Shown here piece by piece: positions 1-9,397 of a stretch of DNA of 64,000 nt. Where the stretch lies: contig CAVSGM010000011.1 in assembly GCA_963727485.1 (NCBI GenBank), forward strand, positions 1-64,000, in the 5' to 3' direction. Origin of the DNA: an uncultured delta proteobacterium (GTDB taxonomy: Bacteria; Myxococcota; Myxococcia; SLRQ01). The position numbers and the translations under genes were made by a program. The first letter of the stretch is position 1. Each line of letters begins with the position of its first letter. The notes beneath the pieces are model-generated. The model ran no database searches. It was not told the origin of the DNA and was given only the letters and a program-made list of their open reading frames with translations.

Positions 1-2110
1 AGCGCCTCATCGACGGCACCGTCGCCGGGATTGACCCGGGCGGTGCGCACCTTCTTCCGCGAGGCCCTCGCCGTCTACGCCCTGCAACTGCGACGTGTCC
101 CACGAGCTGGGCCGCCTCGGTGATCCGCGACCGCCGGCGCACCGACCACCGCCTGGTGCGCGTGGGCGCCGAGCTCACCCAGCCCGTGGCGGACCTGGCG
201 GAGCGCCCGGGCCGCTCGGTGCTCCACGCCGCGCCGGGCGTCGACGTCCGCGGCGACGGCGAGCTGCCCCACTACCTCCTCATGCGCGCCGTCGCCGAGA
301 TGAAGGGCCAGGGGCGCACCGCGCTGGGCTCCATCTCACCGGCTGCTACTCCACCCTGCTCCACAGCGCCGACGGCCAGGGCCTCCAGCGCCGCCTCGCC
401 GGCAACCCCGTGGGCCAGGCCTACGTGGAGCTGCTCCTGGAGCTCGTCGACGCCGACCAGGACCCGGCGCACCCCAAGGTCCGCGCCGTCGTCGACCAGG
501 TGGTGGAGAGCTGGCGCGCCGGCGAGAAGACCCTGGTGTTCTGCTTCCGCACCAACACCGCCCAGCGCCTCCAGGACATCCTCAAGGGGCGCCTGGAGGC
601 CGAGCTCGACGCCAGGCGCCAGCGCTGCCTCGGCGGCGAGGCCGCGTGGAAGGCGCTCCGCAGCCGGCTCACCGCGCGGAACCGCGACCTCATCGGCATC
701 GGGCTCGATCGGGTGCTCTGGTCTCTTGCGGTGGCGCGGCCGGACGGCGCTTCCCTGGACCCGCGCGCCCTGGCGCTCACCGATGACGACCTGGAAGCCC
801 TGGCCGCCTGCTTCGTCCGCCATGGCATCGATCCTCGGGAGGAGCACCCGGACCGCGTGTTCCTCCACCGGGCCCACGAGCACGTCGTCGCCCGGCGGCT
901 CCTCGGGTCGCAGCGCTGGCCGGCGCCGGTCGCGGCGCTCCTGACGGCCATGGCCGACCCGAGCTGGGTCGAGCACGCCTACGGCCTCCCCGGCGAGGTG
1001 GACGACGACTCGGCGAGCACCGACCGCTCGGTCACCGACGAGCGCGGCGTCCACTTCCGGTACCCGGTGGTCGTGGAGGATCCGCCCGCCGCCGACGTCG
1101 CCGCGGTGGTCTCGGCGCTCCGCGACCGCCGCGCCCGCGCCCGGCAGCAGGGCCAGACGAGCATGCTCGACGCCTACGTCGAGGCCCCGAACCTGTGGCT
1201 GGGTCTCGAGCCGGGGTCACTGTCGCCCCGGGTGTCCCGCCTCCACGCCCAGCTCGCCGCCATCACCTTCGACGACGAGCTCGCCTTGGCCGAGCGCCGG
1301 GAGGTGATGCAGGCGCTCCGCCGCGCCGTGTTCCGCGAGTCGATGCTCCTCCGGATGCTCCCCGACCGGGACGACCGCGGCGCCGACCGCTGGGACACGC
1401 TCCTGGTCGACGCCTTCTTCCGCCCGCTCCCCGGCCAGCGCGAGGGCGTCGCCGACCGGGTGGTCACCTTCCTCGAGGACCTCCGCGGCGCCAGCGGCCG
1501 GGCCCACGACCCGGAGACCCCCCGCGGCGCCCTCCTCGACGCCACCCGCCAGAAGGAGGACCACGTGGCGCTGGTCAGCGGCAGCACCAAGCAGCAGACC
1601 CGCGACCGGCGCTTCACCGGCTTCAACACCCCGCTGCTCCCCGAGGTCATGGTCTGCACCTCCGTGGGCCAGGAGGGCATCGACCTCCACCGCCACTGCC
1701 GCAACGTCATCCACTACGACCTCGCCTGGAACCCGGCGGTGGTGGAGCAGCGCACCGGCCGGGTCGACCGCATCGGCAGCAAGGCCTTCCGCGAGCGGGC
1801 GCTGAAGAACGACGCCGCGTTCCTGGAGATCGCGCTCCCGTACCTCGCCGGCACCTACGACGAGCGGATGTACGCCGAGCTGCGCATCCGGGCGCAGATC
1901 TTCGAGGTGCTCACCGGCGGCGACGTGACCGCCGACGACGTCACCGGCAGCGATGAAGGTGGCGCCGAGGCCCAGGGTAAGCCGGCGGACGCGGGGCTGC
2001 CCATCGTGTCGCTGCCCCCGGCGATGATCGAGGCGCTGCGGGTGAAGCTCGAGGTCTACGAGCCGTCCGGTCCAGAAGACGAGGCCCTGATGCTGCGGCG
2101 ACCAGCATGA
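1..2110 (+). CDS. SNF2/SF2 helicase, C-terminal part (5' partial; frameshifts before ~340)
   Basis: HELICc motifs: EKTLVFC, FNTPLLPEVMVCTSVGQEGIDLH, HYDLAWNPAVVEQRTGRVDRIGS; the coding frame switches from ORF 120..944 to ORF 95..2110 near 335. Confidence 0.85.
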
Positions 2111-2149
2111 CAGAAGGCGCCAGGTCACCGTTGCGCCCCCATCGCGGTG

Positions 2150-2188
2150 GGTTTACAGATGTAAACGTGATTGCTATTTCTGTAAACC
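2150..2188. promoter_or_regulatory. Nested inverted repeats, probable XRE autoregulatory operator
   Basis: GTTTACA-GA-TGTAAAC at 2151-2166, and GGTTTACAGA (2150-2159) / TCTGTAAACC (2179-2188), in an AT-rich patch just upstream of GTG 2200. Confidence 0.7.
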
Positions 2189-2199
2189 AAGGGGGTCAC

Positions 2200-3267
2200 G
2201 TGCTTGGAGAGCGAATCAAGCGGGCGCGCGTGGCCGCCGGCCTGTCGCAGCGGGAGCTCGCCAGCCGGGCGGGGCTCAGTGCGATGGCCGTGTCGAAGTT
2301 CGAGCGGGGGCTCGCGAACCCCACCTCTCGGACGCTCATCCGCCTTGCGCACGCCCTTGGCACGCGCCTCGAGTTCTTCCTGCGCCCGGCGGCGGCCGAG
2401 CTCCAACGGCCGGAGTACCGGAAGCGAGCGTCACTTCCGAAGAAGCAGCTGGCACGCGTCGAGGCCGACGTCCTCGACCAGGTGGAGCGCTTCCTGGAGG
2501 TGCTCGCGCTTTTCCCCGAGCGGCCAGTCGCCCGGTTCGAGGTTCCCCGGGAGGTACCCGAGCGCCTCGATGCCTACCCGCAGGTCGAGGACGCCGCCCT
2601 CGCGGTGCGGGAAGCCTGGCATCTGGGTCGCAACGCCATCCCGTCCCTCGCCGACACGCTCGAGGAGCACGGATTGGTCGTGCTCACGACCAAGGTGGAC
2701 GCGTCCGCGAAGTTCGACGGGCTCGCGGCGATGGTGGGCGAGCTGCCCGTCGTGGTCGTTGGCGCGGAGTGGCCAGGTGATCGGCAGCGCTTCACCATGG
2801 CACACGAGCTGGCTCACCTGGTGCTCGCGGGACGCCTTGGCGAGGGGCTCGATGAAGAGAAGGCCTGCAATCGCTTTTCCGGCGCGTTCCTGGTGCCGGC
2901 GGAGACCGTCCGCTACGAGCTGGGGTCACATCGCAACCGGCTCGAGCCGCGGGAGCTGTACACCCTCAAGCACGAGTACGGCCTGAGCATGATGGCGTGG
3001 GTCTTCCGTGCCCATGACGCAGGGGTCATCAGCGACCAGACGAAGAACCGGCTCTTCCGGCTGTTCTCCGCGAAGGGTTGGCGGACGCAGGAGTCTGGCG
3101 ATCCCGTCGAGCCCGAGTCACCGGAGCTCTTCGAACGGCTCGTCCTGCGGGCGCTAGCCGAGGAGATGATCTCGACGAGCAAGGCCGCGGAGCTGATGGG
3201 CATGCCAATCGTCGAGTTCCGACAGCGACTGCGTTTCGAGGCCCCGCGTGGCGCTCCTCATCGGTGA
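2200..3267 (+). CDS. XRE-family HTH fused to ImmA/IrrE (Peptidase_M78) metallopeptidase
   Basis: N-terminal LGERIKRARVAAGLSQRELA HTH; RQRFTMAHELAH HExxH motif; GTG 2200 preceded by AAGGGGG. Confidence 0.92.
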   Translation: MLGERIKRARVAAGLSQRELASRAGLSAMAVSKFERGLANPTSRTLIRLAHALGTRLEFFLRPAAAELQRPEYRKRASLPKKQLARVEADVLDQVERFLEVLALFPERPVARFEVPREVPERLDAYPQVEDAALAVREAWHLGRNAIPSLADTLEEHGLVVLTTKVDASAKFDGLAAMVGELPVVVVGAEWPGDRQRFTMAHELAHLVLAGRLGEGLDEEKACNRFSGAFLVPAETVRYELGSHRNRLEPRELYTLKHEYGLSMMAWVFRAHDAGVISDQTKNRLFRLFSAKGWRTQESGDPVEPESPELFERLVLRALAEEMISTSKAAELMGMPIVEFRQRLRFEAPRGAPHR

Positions 3268-3739
3268 TTCGAACATCTTCATCGATTTCGAGGAGGGAGG
3301 GCTGCTCGAGGCGCTCTTCCGCCTGCCCGAGGAGGTGGGCGTACCCGACCTTCTCTTCGAGGAAGAGCTGCGAGGTCAGCACGAGGCGCTCCTGGACGAC
3401 GGGCTCGTCCTCGTCCAGCTCACGCCGGAGACGCTCCAACGCGTGGTCCGCCTCGCCAGCGCGCATCGCAAGCCGAGCAGATTGGACCTGGCTGCGCTGG
3501 CTGCGGCCGAGCAGGAAGCCTGTCCCCTGCTCACCGGAGATCGGAACCTGCGCGCTGCCGCAACGACAGAAGGCGTCGAGGTCCACGGCACGCTCTGGGT
3601 AGCGAGGCGCCTGGTCGATGCTGGCGTGGTATCCGTCAGCGTGCTCCGCGAGGCCTACGCCAAGATGGAGGCGGGCGGTCGCCGGCTCCCGTGGGACAAG
3701 GTGGCCGCGCAGCTCGAGGAGCTGGAGCGTTCGGGCTGA
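3248..3739 (+). CDS. PIN-domain protein (DUF3368-like), partner of XRE-ImmA
   Basis: IGDSNIFID ... LLTGDRNLR ... EVHGTLW PIN acidic motifs; overlaps the upstream gene. Confidence 0.8.
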   Translation: MALLIGDSNIFIDFEEGGLLEALFRLPEEVGVPDLLFEEELRGQHEALLDDGLVLVQLTPETLQRVVRLASAHRKPSRLDLAALAAAEQEACPLLTGDRNLRAAATTEGVEVHGTLWVARRLVDAGVVSVSVLREAYAKMEAGGRRLPWDKVAAQLEELERSG

Positions 3740-3846
3740 CGGCAGTCCAGCGGCCGCCGCGGCTCTCCCAAGGCCGCGGCCAGGTTATTGACCCTCCCAT
3801 CCGCGATGAGCACCTTCCCGCCAGCTGGGCTCAGTGAGCTGAGCGC

Positions 3847-4605
3847 ATGCTGACCGACAGGTTCTGGAGCTACTTCTTCGAGATCACGAAGCCATCCCCC
3901 GCCAGGGACCTGGCGATCGCGAGAGCACCGAGCGGGCCCTGGGCCTGCTGCCGCCCCTGACCTCGCACCACCGCATCCTCGACATCGGCTGCGGTTCGGG
4001 AACCCAGACCATCGACCTGGCACGCGCCACCGCGGCACAGATTGTGGCCGTCGACAGTCACGAAGCGTTCGTCGCGCAGCTCGAAAAACGGGTCGCCGAA
4101 CTGCGCCTCGGAGCCCGCATCAAGACGAGGTCGGCGACATGAACCACATCACGTTTCCGGACGGGTCGTTCGAAGTCATCTGGTGCGAGGGGGCCATCGT
4201 CATCATCAACGGGCAGCTTCGCCAAGGGGCTCTCGGCGTGGAGACGCCTGCTCGTCCCCGGCGGGCACATGGCCCTCTCCGAGCTCTGCTGGCTCCGCGA
4301 CCACCCTCCAGCCGAGGTGAAGGCGTTCTTCGAGGCCGAAGGCGCTGACGTCGCCGACCTGGACGCCAGGCGCCACGACATCGCCGAGAACGGGTACCGA
4401 CTCGTCGGCGACTTCGTGTTGCCAGCGGTGGGCTGGTGGGAGAACTACTACGTGCCCCTCGGGGAGGCGCTCGAGCGCTTCCGTCGCGCACGCCGGCGAC
4501 GCCGAAGCCCTCGAGGTGGCGGCCAGGAGCCAGTACGAGATTGACCTCTATCGCCGGTACCCGGATTTCTTCGGCTATGGCTTCTTCGTGATGCAGCGCA
4601 CCTGA
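3847..4605 (+). CDS. Class I SAM-dependent methyltransferase (several frameshifts)
   Basis: Pieced across frames: PRQGPGDRESTERAL, RILDIGCGSGTQT, GDM..FPDGSFEVIWCEGA, SELCWL, WWENYYVPL, YEIDLYRRYPDFFGYGFFVMQRT. Confidence 0.8.
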
Positions 4606-4622
4606 CGAGGCGCCCCCAGGGC

Positions 4623-4658
4623 TTGCACAAAAATAAAGCCACACTTAATGTTTGTGCA
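4623..4658 (+). promoter_or_regulatory. Sigma70-like leaderless promoter with inverted-repeat operator
   Basis: TTGCAC-17-TAATGT, ATG 6 nt later; TGCACAAA (4624-4631) / TTTGTGCA (4651-4658) inverted repeat. Confidence 0.65.
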
Positions 4659-5241
4659 TGGCCGCCTCGCCCCCAACCTCGCCCCACTGGGACCGCCTCT
4701 ACGAGATCGCGGCGTGCCCAGGTCGGGCTGTTCACCACCCAGCAGGCGGCCGAGGCCGGCTACTCGCCGCAGCTCCTCGCCCACCACCTGGGCGCGGGAC
4801 GCATGGTCCGGTGCGGCGCGGGGTCTACCGCCTGGTCCACTTCCCCGTGGGCGACCACGAAGACCTGACCGCGGTCTGGCTCTGGTCCGAGCGCGAGGGC
4901 GTCTTCTCCCACGAGACCGCGCTCGCCCTCCACGACCTCTCCATGTGCTGACTGTCCCAGGTCCACCTCACGCTCCCGGAGTCGTGGCGCAGGCGGCGAC
5001 TGCGCGTGCCCAACGGCGTCGTGCTGCACTACGGCGACGTGGCCCCAGGTGAACGCCGGTGGTCGGCCCGGTGCCCGCGACTATTTCCTCGGCGCACCCT
5101 CGAGGACTGCGCGGCCGAGCACCTCGCACCCGAGCTGCTCCGGGGCGCCGCGGCCGACGCGCTGGAGCGCGGCCTGGTCACCCGCGCCGACCTCGCCACC
5201 GTCGAGGCCGAGCTCGAGCCCTTCGGGGTCTCGACCCATGA
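4658..5241 (+). CDS. abiEi: Type IV TA antitoxin AbiEi family (frameshifted)
   Basis: WDRLYEIA..Q.GLFTTQQAAEAGYSPQLL, RRGVYRL, GVFSHETALALHDLS, VHLTLP, RTLEDC across frames. Confidence 0.8.
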
Positions 5242-5405
5242 CCCGCCAGGGGCGGTCTCGCCATCGAGCTGCGCCTCGAGCGCGCCCGCACCACCAAGGA
5301 CGTCGACCTGTGGGTCATGGGCTCGTCCGAGGAGGTCCTGGAGCGGCTCCGTTCCGCCTGCCGGCGCGACCTGGGCGACTTCATGGTCTTCACCGTCACG
5401 CCGTT
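5238..5405 (+). pseudogene. AbiEii nucleotidyltransferase toxin remnant
   Basis: Only GGLAIELRLERARTTKDVDLWVMGSSEEVLERLRSACRRDLGDFMVFTV remains; N- and C-terminal parts missing. Confidence 0.7.
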
Positions 5406-5615
5406 GACCGCCGTCGCCCGAAGCATCGGGTTCGGGAACTCCACCACGAGGCCTTCAGCCGCGCCTTCGGCGAGGACACCCGCCGACAACGGGTCCTCGA
5501 GCACGAGCGGCTGCTCCGATCCCCTGCGCGACGACCGGCTCGAGCCACTCGACCAGGGTGAGGTGCGCAACTGCGGGGTGGTCGAGCACGGCCGCGGCCA
5601 GAACCACTTCCTGGT
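5400..5615 (-). pseudogene. Remnant of a spermidine-synthase-like gene, paralogous to 11718..12506
   Basis: Minus strand reads AAAVLDHPAVAHLTLVEWLEPVV and AEGLVVEFPNPMLRATAVNGV, matching AAAVLDHPGVSQLTVVEYLEPVI and AEGHRIEFPNPLQETAAVNGV. Confidence 0.65.
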
Positions 5616-5623
5616 CTACGCCG

Positions 5624-6523
5624 TCAGCTCGAGCTCATGCTTGGCCGGAGGCCCCGCCAGCTCTCGCCCAGATCCCCCGCGTGGTCCTCGATGTACTCGC
5701 GAACGGACCGCCCGGGCCGCTGGAGCAGCTGCGCCATCGCCGGGTCCTCGGTGGCGCCCCGCCCGAACCGCAGCAGGAAGTGCAGCAGGGTCTGCACCAG
5801 GATGGCGCCACCGGGCAGCCCCCGGCGCCACAGGTGCCGCGCGTACCCTGGCACCGACGCCGGCTGGTAGACGATGGGCCGCCCGAGCGTCGCGGTCAGC
5901 GCCTCGGTCACCTCGGACCAGGGCACGGCGCCCGGGCCCGTGAGGGTGTAGCTGTGGCCCCGGTGGCGCTCGGGCTCGGTGAGCACCAGGGCCGCGACCT
6001 CCGCGATGTCGCGCGCGTCGATCCAGTTCACCGGCTGCCGGCGGCCGGCGGGGACGTAGATCCGGTCGTCCTCGACGATGTCCTGCCGGTAGGCGGACTG
6101 GAGGTTCTGCGCGAAGAACCCCGGCCGCAGGTTGGTGTGGTGGTCGCCCCGGAGGCGCAGGTGGTCCTCGACCTTCCGGTGGGGCACGACCCGGTTCTTG
6201 CCGGCCCCGGCGACGGAGAGGAACACCACGTGGTCGACCCCGTGGGCCCGCGCGAGGTCGACGAAGGGGTTGAGGTTGCGCTGCACGTCGGCGATGGCCG
6301 GCGGCCGCATGAGGAAGAGGTGCCGAGCGCCGCCGAGGGCGCCTTCCCAGGTGCGCCGGTCGCGGAAGTCGAGGCGGGTGGCGACCACGCGGTCCCCGAA
6401 GCGCGCGCGGGCCTTCGCCGGGTCGCGGGTGGCGGCCACGACCTCGATCCCGCGCCCCAGGAGCGACTCGACCACGTGCTCGCCGACGTTACCCGCCGCG
6501 CCGGTGACCAGGACCCGTGTCAT
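5624..6523 (-). CDS. NmrA-like NAD(P)-binding protein (atypical SDR)
   Basis: MTRVLVTGAAGNVG; LRPGFFAQNL; IDARDIAEVAA. Confidence 0.9.
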   Translation of the reverse strand: MTRVLVTGAAGNVGEHVVESLLGRGIEVVAATRDPAKARARFGDRVVATRLDFRDRRTWEGALGGARHLFLMRPPAIADVQRNLNPFVDLARAHGVDHVVFLSVAGAGKNRVVPHRKVEDHLRLRGDHHTNLRPGFFAQNLQSAYRQDIVEDDRIYVPAGRRQPVNWIDARDIAEVAALVLTEPERHRGHSYTLTGPGAVPWSEVTEALTATLGRPIVYQPASVPGYARHLWRRGLPGGAILVQTLLHFLLRFGRGATEDPAMAQLLQRPGRSVREYIEDHAGDLGESWRGLRPSMSSS

Positions 6524-7111
6524 GACCCGGCGCCCTTGGCCCGGAGGAGCCCGCGGACCAGGCTGCGCACGAAGGCCGCGTCCTCGCCCGGCGCAAAGGC
6601 GTCCCCGCCCAGGTACGCGTTGAAGCAGCGGGCCTCCATCGCGCCCAGGAGGCCCTCGGCGACGGGCCCCGAGCGCAGGGGCGCGAGGCTCCCCCTGCGG
6701 GCGGCGGCCGCGAGCCAGCGGGCGAGGACGTGGCGGAGCGCGACGGGCGGCGGGGGACCGGCGGCCTCGGGGAGGTCGCTGATGGACCACCCGGCCGCCT
6801 TGAGCACCACGAGGTTGGGCAGCACGCGCTGGAAGAACCCCATCAGGTCGAGGAGGATCTCCACCAGGCGGGCCTCGACGCCGGTGCGCGGCGGCGGCTC
6901 GGAGAGCCAGGCCAACGCCCGGGGCCGGCCCGGGGCCAGCGCGTCGACCATGAGCTGGGCCTTGGAGCCCGCTCGGCCGAAGAGCGCCGCGTGGGTGACG
7001 CCCAGCCGCTCGGCCACGAGCTTCACCGGCGCGCTCGGGCCGTGCGCCAGGAACACCTCCCGGGCGGCTTCCTTGATCTCGTCGTCGGTAATCGTCCGCG
7101 GTCGCTGCCAC
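6520..7111 (-). CDS. TetR/AcrR family regulator (apparent 1-nt indel just after GTG start)
   Basis: RPRTITDDEIKEAAREVFLAHG...VAERLGVTHAALF HTH; GTG 7111 is out of frame by 1 nt. Confidence 0.85.
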
Positions 7112-7112
7112 T

Positions 7113-7138
7113 GGTTACCTTCTAGTCAGAAACTAACC
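7113..7138. promoter_or_regulatory. TetR operator palindrome
   Basis: GGTTACCTTCT-AGTC-AGAAACTAACC, 9 of 11 arm positions pair, abutting the TetR start. Confidence 0.65.
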
Positions 7139-7157
7139 GCAGGCAAGACCTCCCTCG

Positions 7158-7809
7158 TCAGCCGCTCGACCGTTGCCAATGCAGGAGCGTCTGGGCGTCC
7201 ACGGCGTCGAGACCGGGAACCGCGTGGTGACACAGCTCGGCGCTCGCCGCGGTTGCCCCCACGCCCACCACGGTCATCCCCGCCGCCAGCGCCGAGCGGA
7301 TCCCGGTGGCCGAGTCCTCGACCACCAGGCACTGCGCGGCCTCCACGCCCAGGCGCCGCGCCGTCTCGAGATAGGGATCCGGGAACGGCTTCCCCCGCTC
7401 GCAGTCCTCGGCCGTCTGCCGCGTGGCGAAGTACCGGGTCAGCGCCAGGCGGTCACACACCACCTCGACGAGGCTCATGGGCGAGGACGAGCACAAGCCC
7501 AGGACCGCGCCTGCAGCGTGCAGGTCGCGAAGGAGCTCGACGGCCCCAGCCATCGCGACGCCCTCGCTGGCGATGAGCGCCGCCACCCGCTGCACCACCG
7601 CCTCGGCGACCTCCTCCCGGCCCGGGCCGCGCCAGGGGTACCGCTCGAACCAGTGATCCACCACGGCGTGGATTCGCATCCCGATGGTCTGCGCGCACAT
7701 GCTCCGTGGTCAGCGGCACCCCCACGGCCCCGAAGACCTCGACCTCCGCGCGGCGCCACAGGGGCTCCGAGTCGATGAGCACGCCGTCCATGTCGAAGAT
7801 GATGGCCAT
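7158..7809 (-). CDS. HAD family phosphatase (YniC/HxpB-like), frameshift near 7700
   Basis: IIFDMDGVLIDSEPLW; CSSSP; GKPFPDPY; VVEDSATG. Confidence 0.88.
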
Positions 7810-7886
7810 GGTGTCTGCCGGAGGGTCGGGCCTCCACGCTACAATGAGTGCCCCCCGTGCTCCACGGCTACGACAGGAGGGCGCCC

Positions 7887-9051
7887 ATGCGCCATGGCTT
7901 CTGGTGCCTCGTCCCCATCCTCGCCGTGCTTGGGTGCGCCGGTGGCGGCGCGTCGATCCCGGACGGCGGCCGCACCCGCACCCCCGTGCCCGACGGTGGC
8001 TTCACCGCGGGCAATCCGGACGGCCACTGCTCGGCGCCGATCCCGCCCGAGGGCCGGCTGGTCGACGTGTCGCACCCCACCGCCGTCATCGGCACGGGGA
8101 CGGCCGCAAGCTGCACCTTCTCGGCGCTCTCGGCGGCGGTGCGCCGGCGGCATCATCACCTTCGACTGCGGCGACCGGCGCCGGTCACCATTCCGGTGAC
8201 CGCGACCCTGAACCTGCCGATCGACAAGGACACGGTGATCGACGGCGGGCGGCTCGTGACCCTCGACGGCGGCGGCACAGGTGCGGATCCTCCGCTTCGA
8301 CAGCCCGAACTTCCAGGCACAACGAGACCGCGCCTGACCCTGCAGCACCTGCGGCTCGTCAACGGCAAGACCAACCCGACCGAGGCGATTCCCGACGCGC
8401 CCGCCCCTTGCTCGCAAGGCTGGAACGACGGCGCGGGCGGGGCCATCTACATGCGCGACGGCAACCTCAGCGTCATCGACTGCGTCTTCACCGGGAACGA
8501 GGGCGCGCGCCCCTGGGCCCGGACACCGGCGGGGGAGCGCCATCACGTGCTCGGCAGCAAGCACGGGGTCGTGATCGCCGGCAGCACGTTCGAGAACAAC
8601 CAGGCAGCAACGCCGGCGGGGTGGGGGGCCTGTTCGCCGAGCTCGACGTCTACGACAGCCTCTTCACGGCAACATGGCGACCGGCCACGGCGCCAACAAC
8701 AACGACCCCAGCAAGTGCAGCGTGCATGAACAACGGCCAGAACGAGATCGGCTCGGGCGGAAACGGTGGCGCGCTCTACAGCGACGGCAAGGGCGTCAAC
8801 GTCATGCTCTGCGGCGACCAGATTGTCGACAACGCCGCCGGCGACGAACGCCTTCGGCGGCGGCCTGTTCTTCACCAGCAACGACTTCAGCGGCGACGCT
8901 CACCATCGCCGACACCACGATGACCGGGAACACCGGCGGCCACTGGACCAATGCGCCAAGCAGGGCAGCGTCCAAGAACGCCGGCACCGCCGTGGGCACC
9001 AACTGCCACAGCATCACCATCACGAACTCGACGGTGCAGGGCGTGCCGTAG
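7887..9051 (+). CDS. Lipoprotein with right-handed beta-helix / polymorphic membrane repeats (multiple frameshifts)
   Basis: Lipobox LAVLGC; VIGTGTAASCT, GGIITFDCG, GGAIY, GGNGGALYSDG, GGGLFFTSN. Confidence 0.7.
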
Positions 9052-9069
9052 ATCGCGGGGCGGGGCCGG

Positions 9070-9384
9070 CTACGCCGCCAGCTCGTACTCGAGCTCGTAC
9101 CAGTGCTGCCCGTCGACGATCTCGATGGTCATGCGGCCGGACAGCCCGCGCAGCGCGTCGGTCCCCGAGTCGGGCGCGATCACGACCTCCAGGGAGCGCG
9201 CGTCCCGGGTCATCACCGCGGTGTGCATGAGCACGAAGCTCCCCTGCTTGCCGCCGAGGCGTCCGGTGACGCGCTCCAGCGCGACGTACGCCGCCGAGGT
9301 CTGAACCGGCGTGCGCACGCTGAGCAGGTGCACCTTGCTCGTGGCGTCGAGCTCACCGGCGAAGCGCAAGGTGACCTCCCACAT
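9070..9384 (-). pseudogene. DUF3224 domain protein lacking its N-terminus
   Basis: RFAGELDATS...SAAYVALERVTGRLGGKQGSFVLMH...PDSGTDALRGLSGRMTI...YELEY; the family-like N-terminal strand is not seen. Confidence 0.7.
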
Positions 9385-9397
9385 CGGGGCGTCCGGG

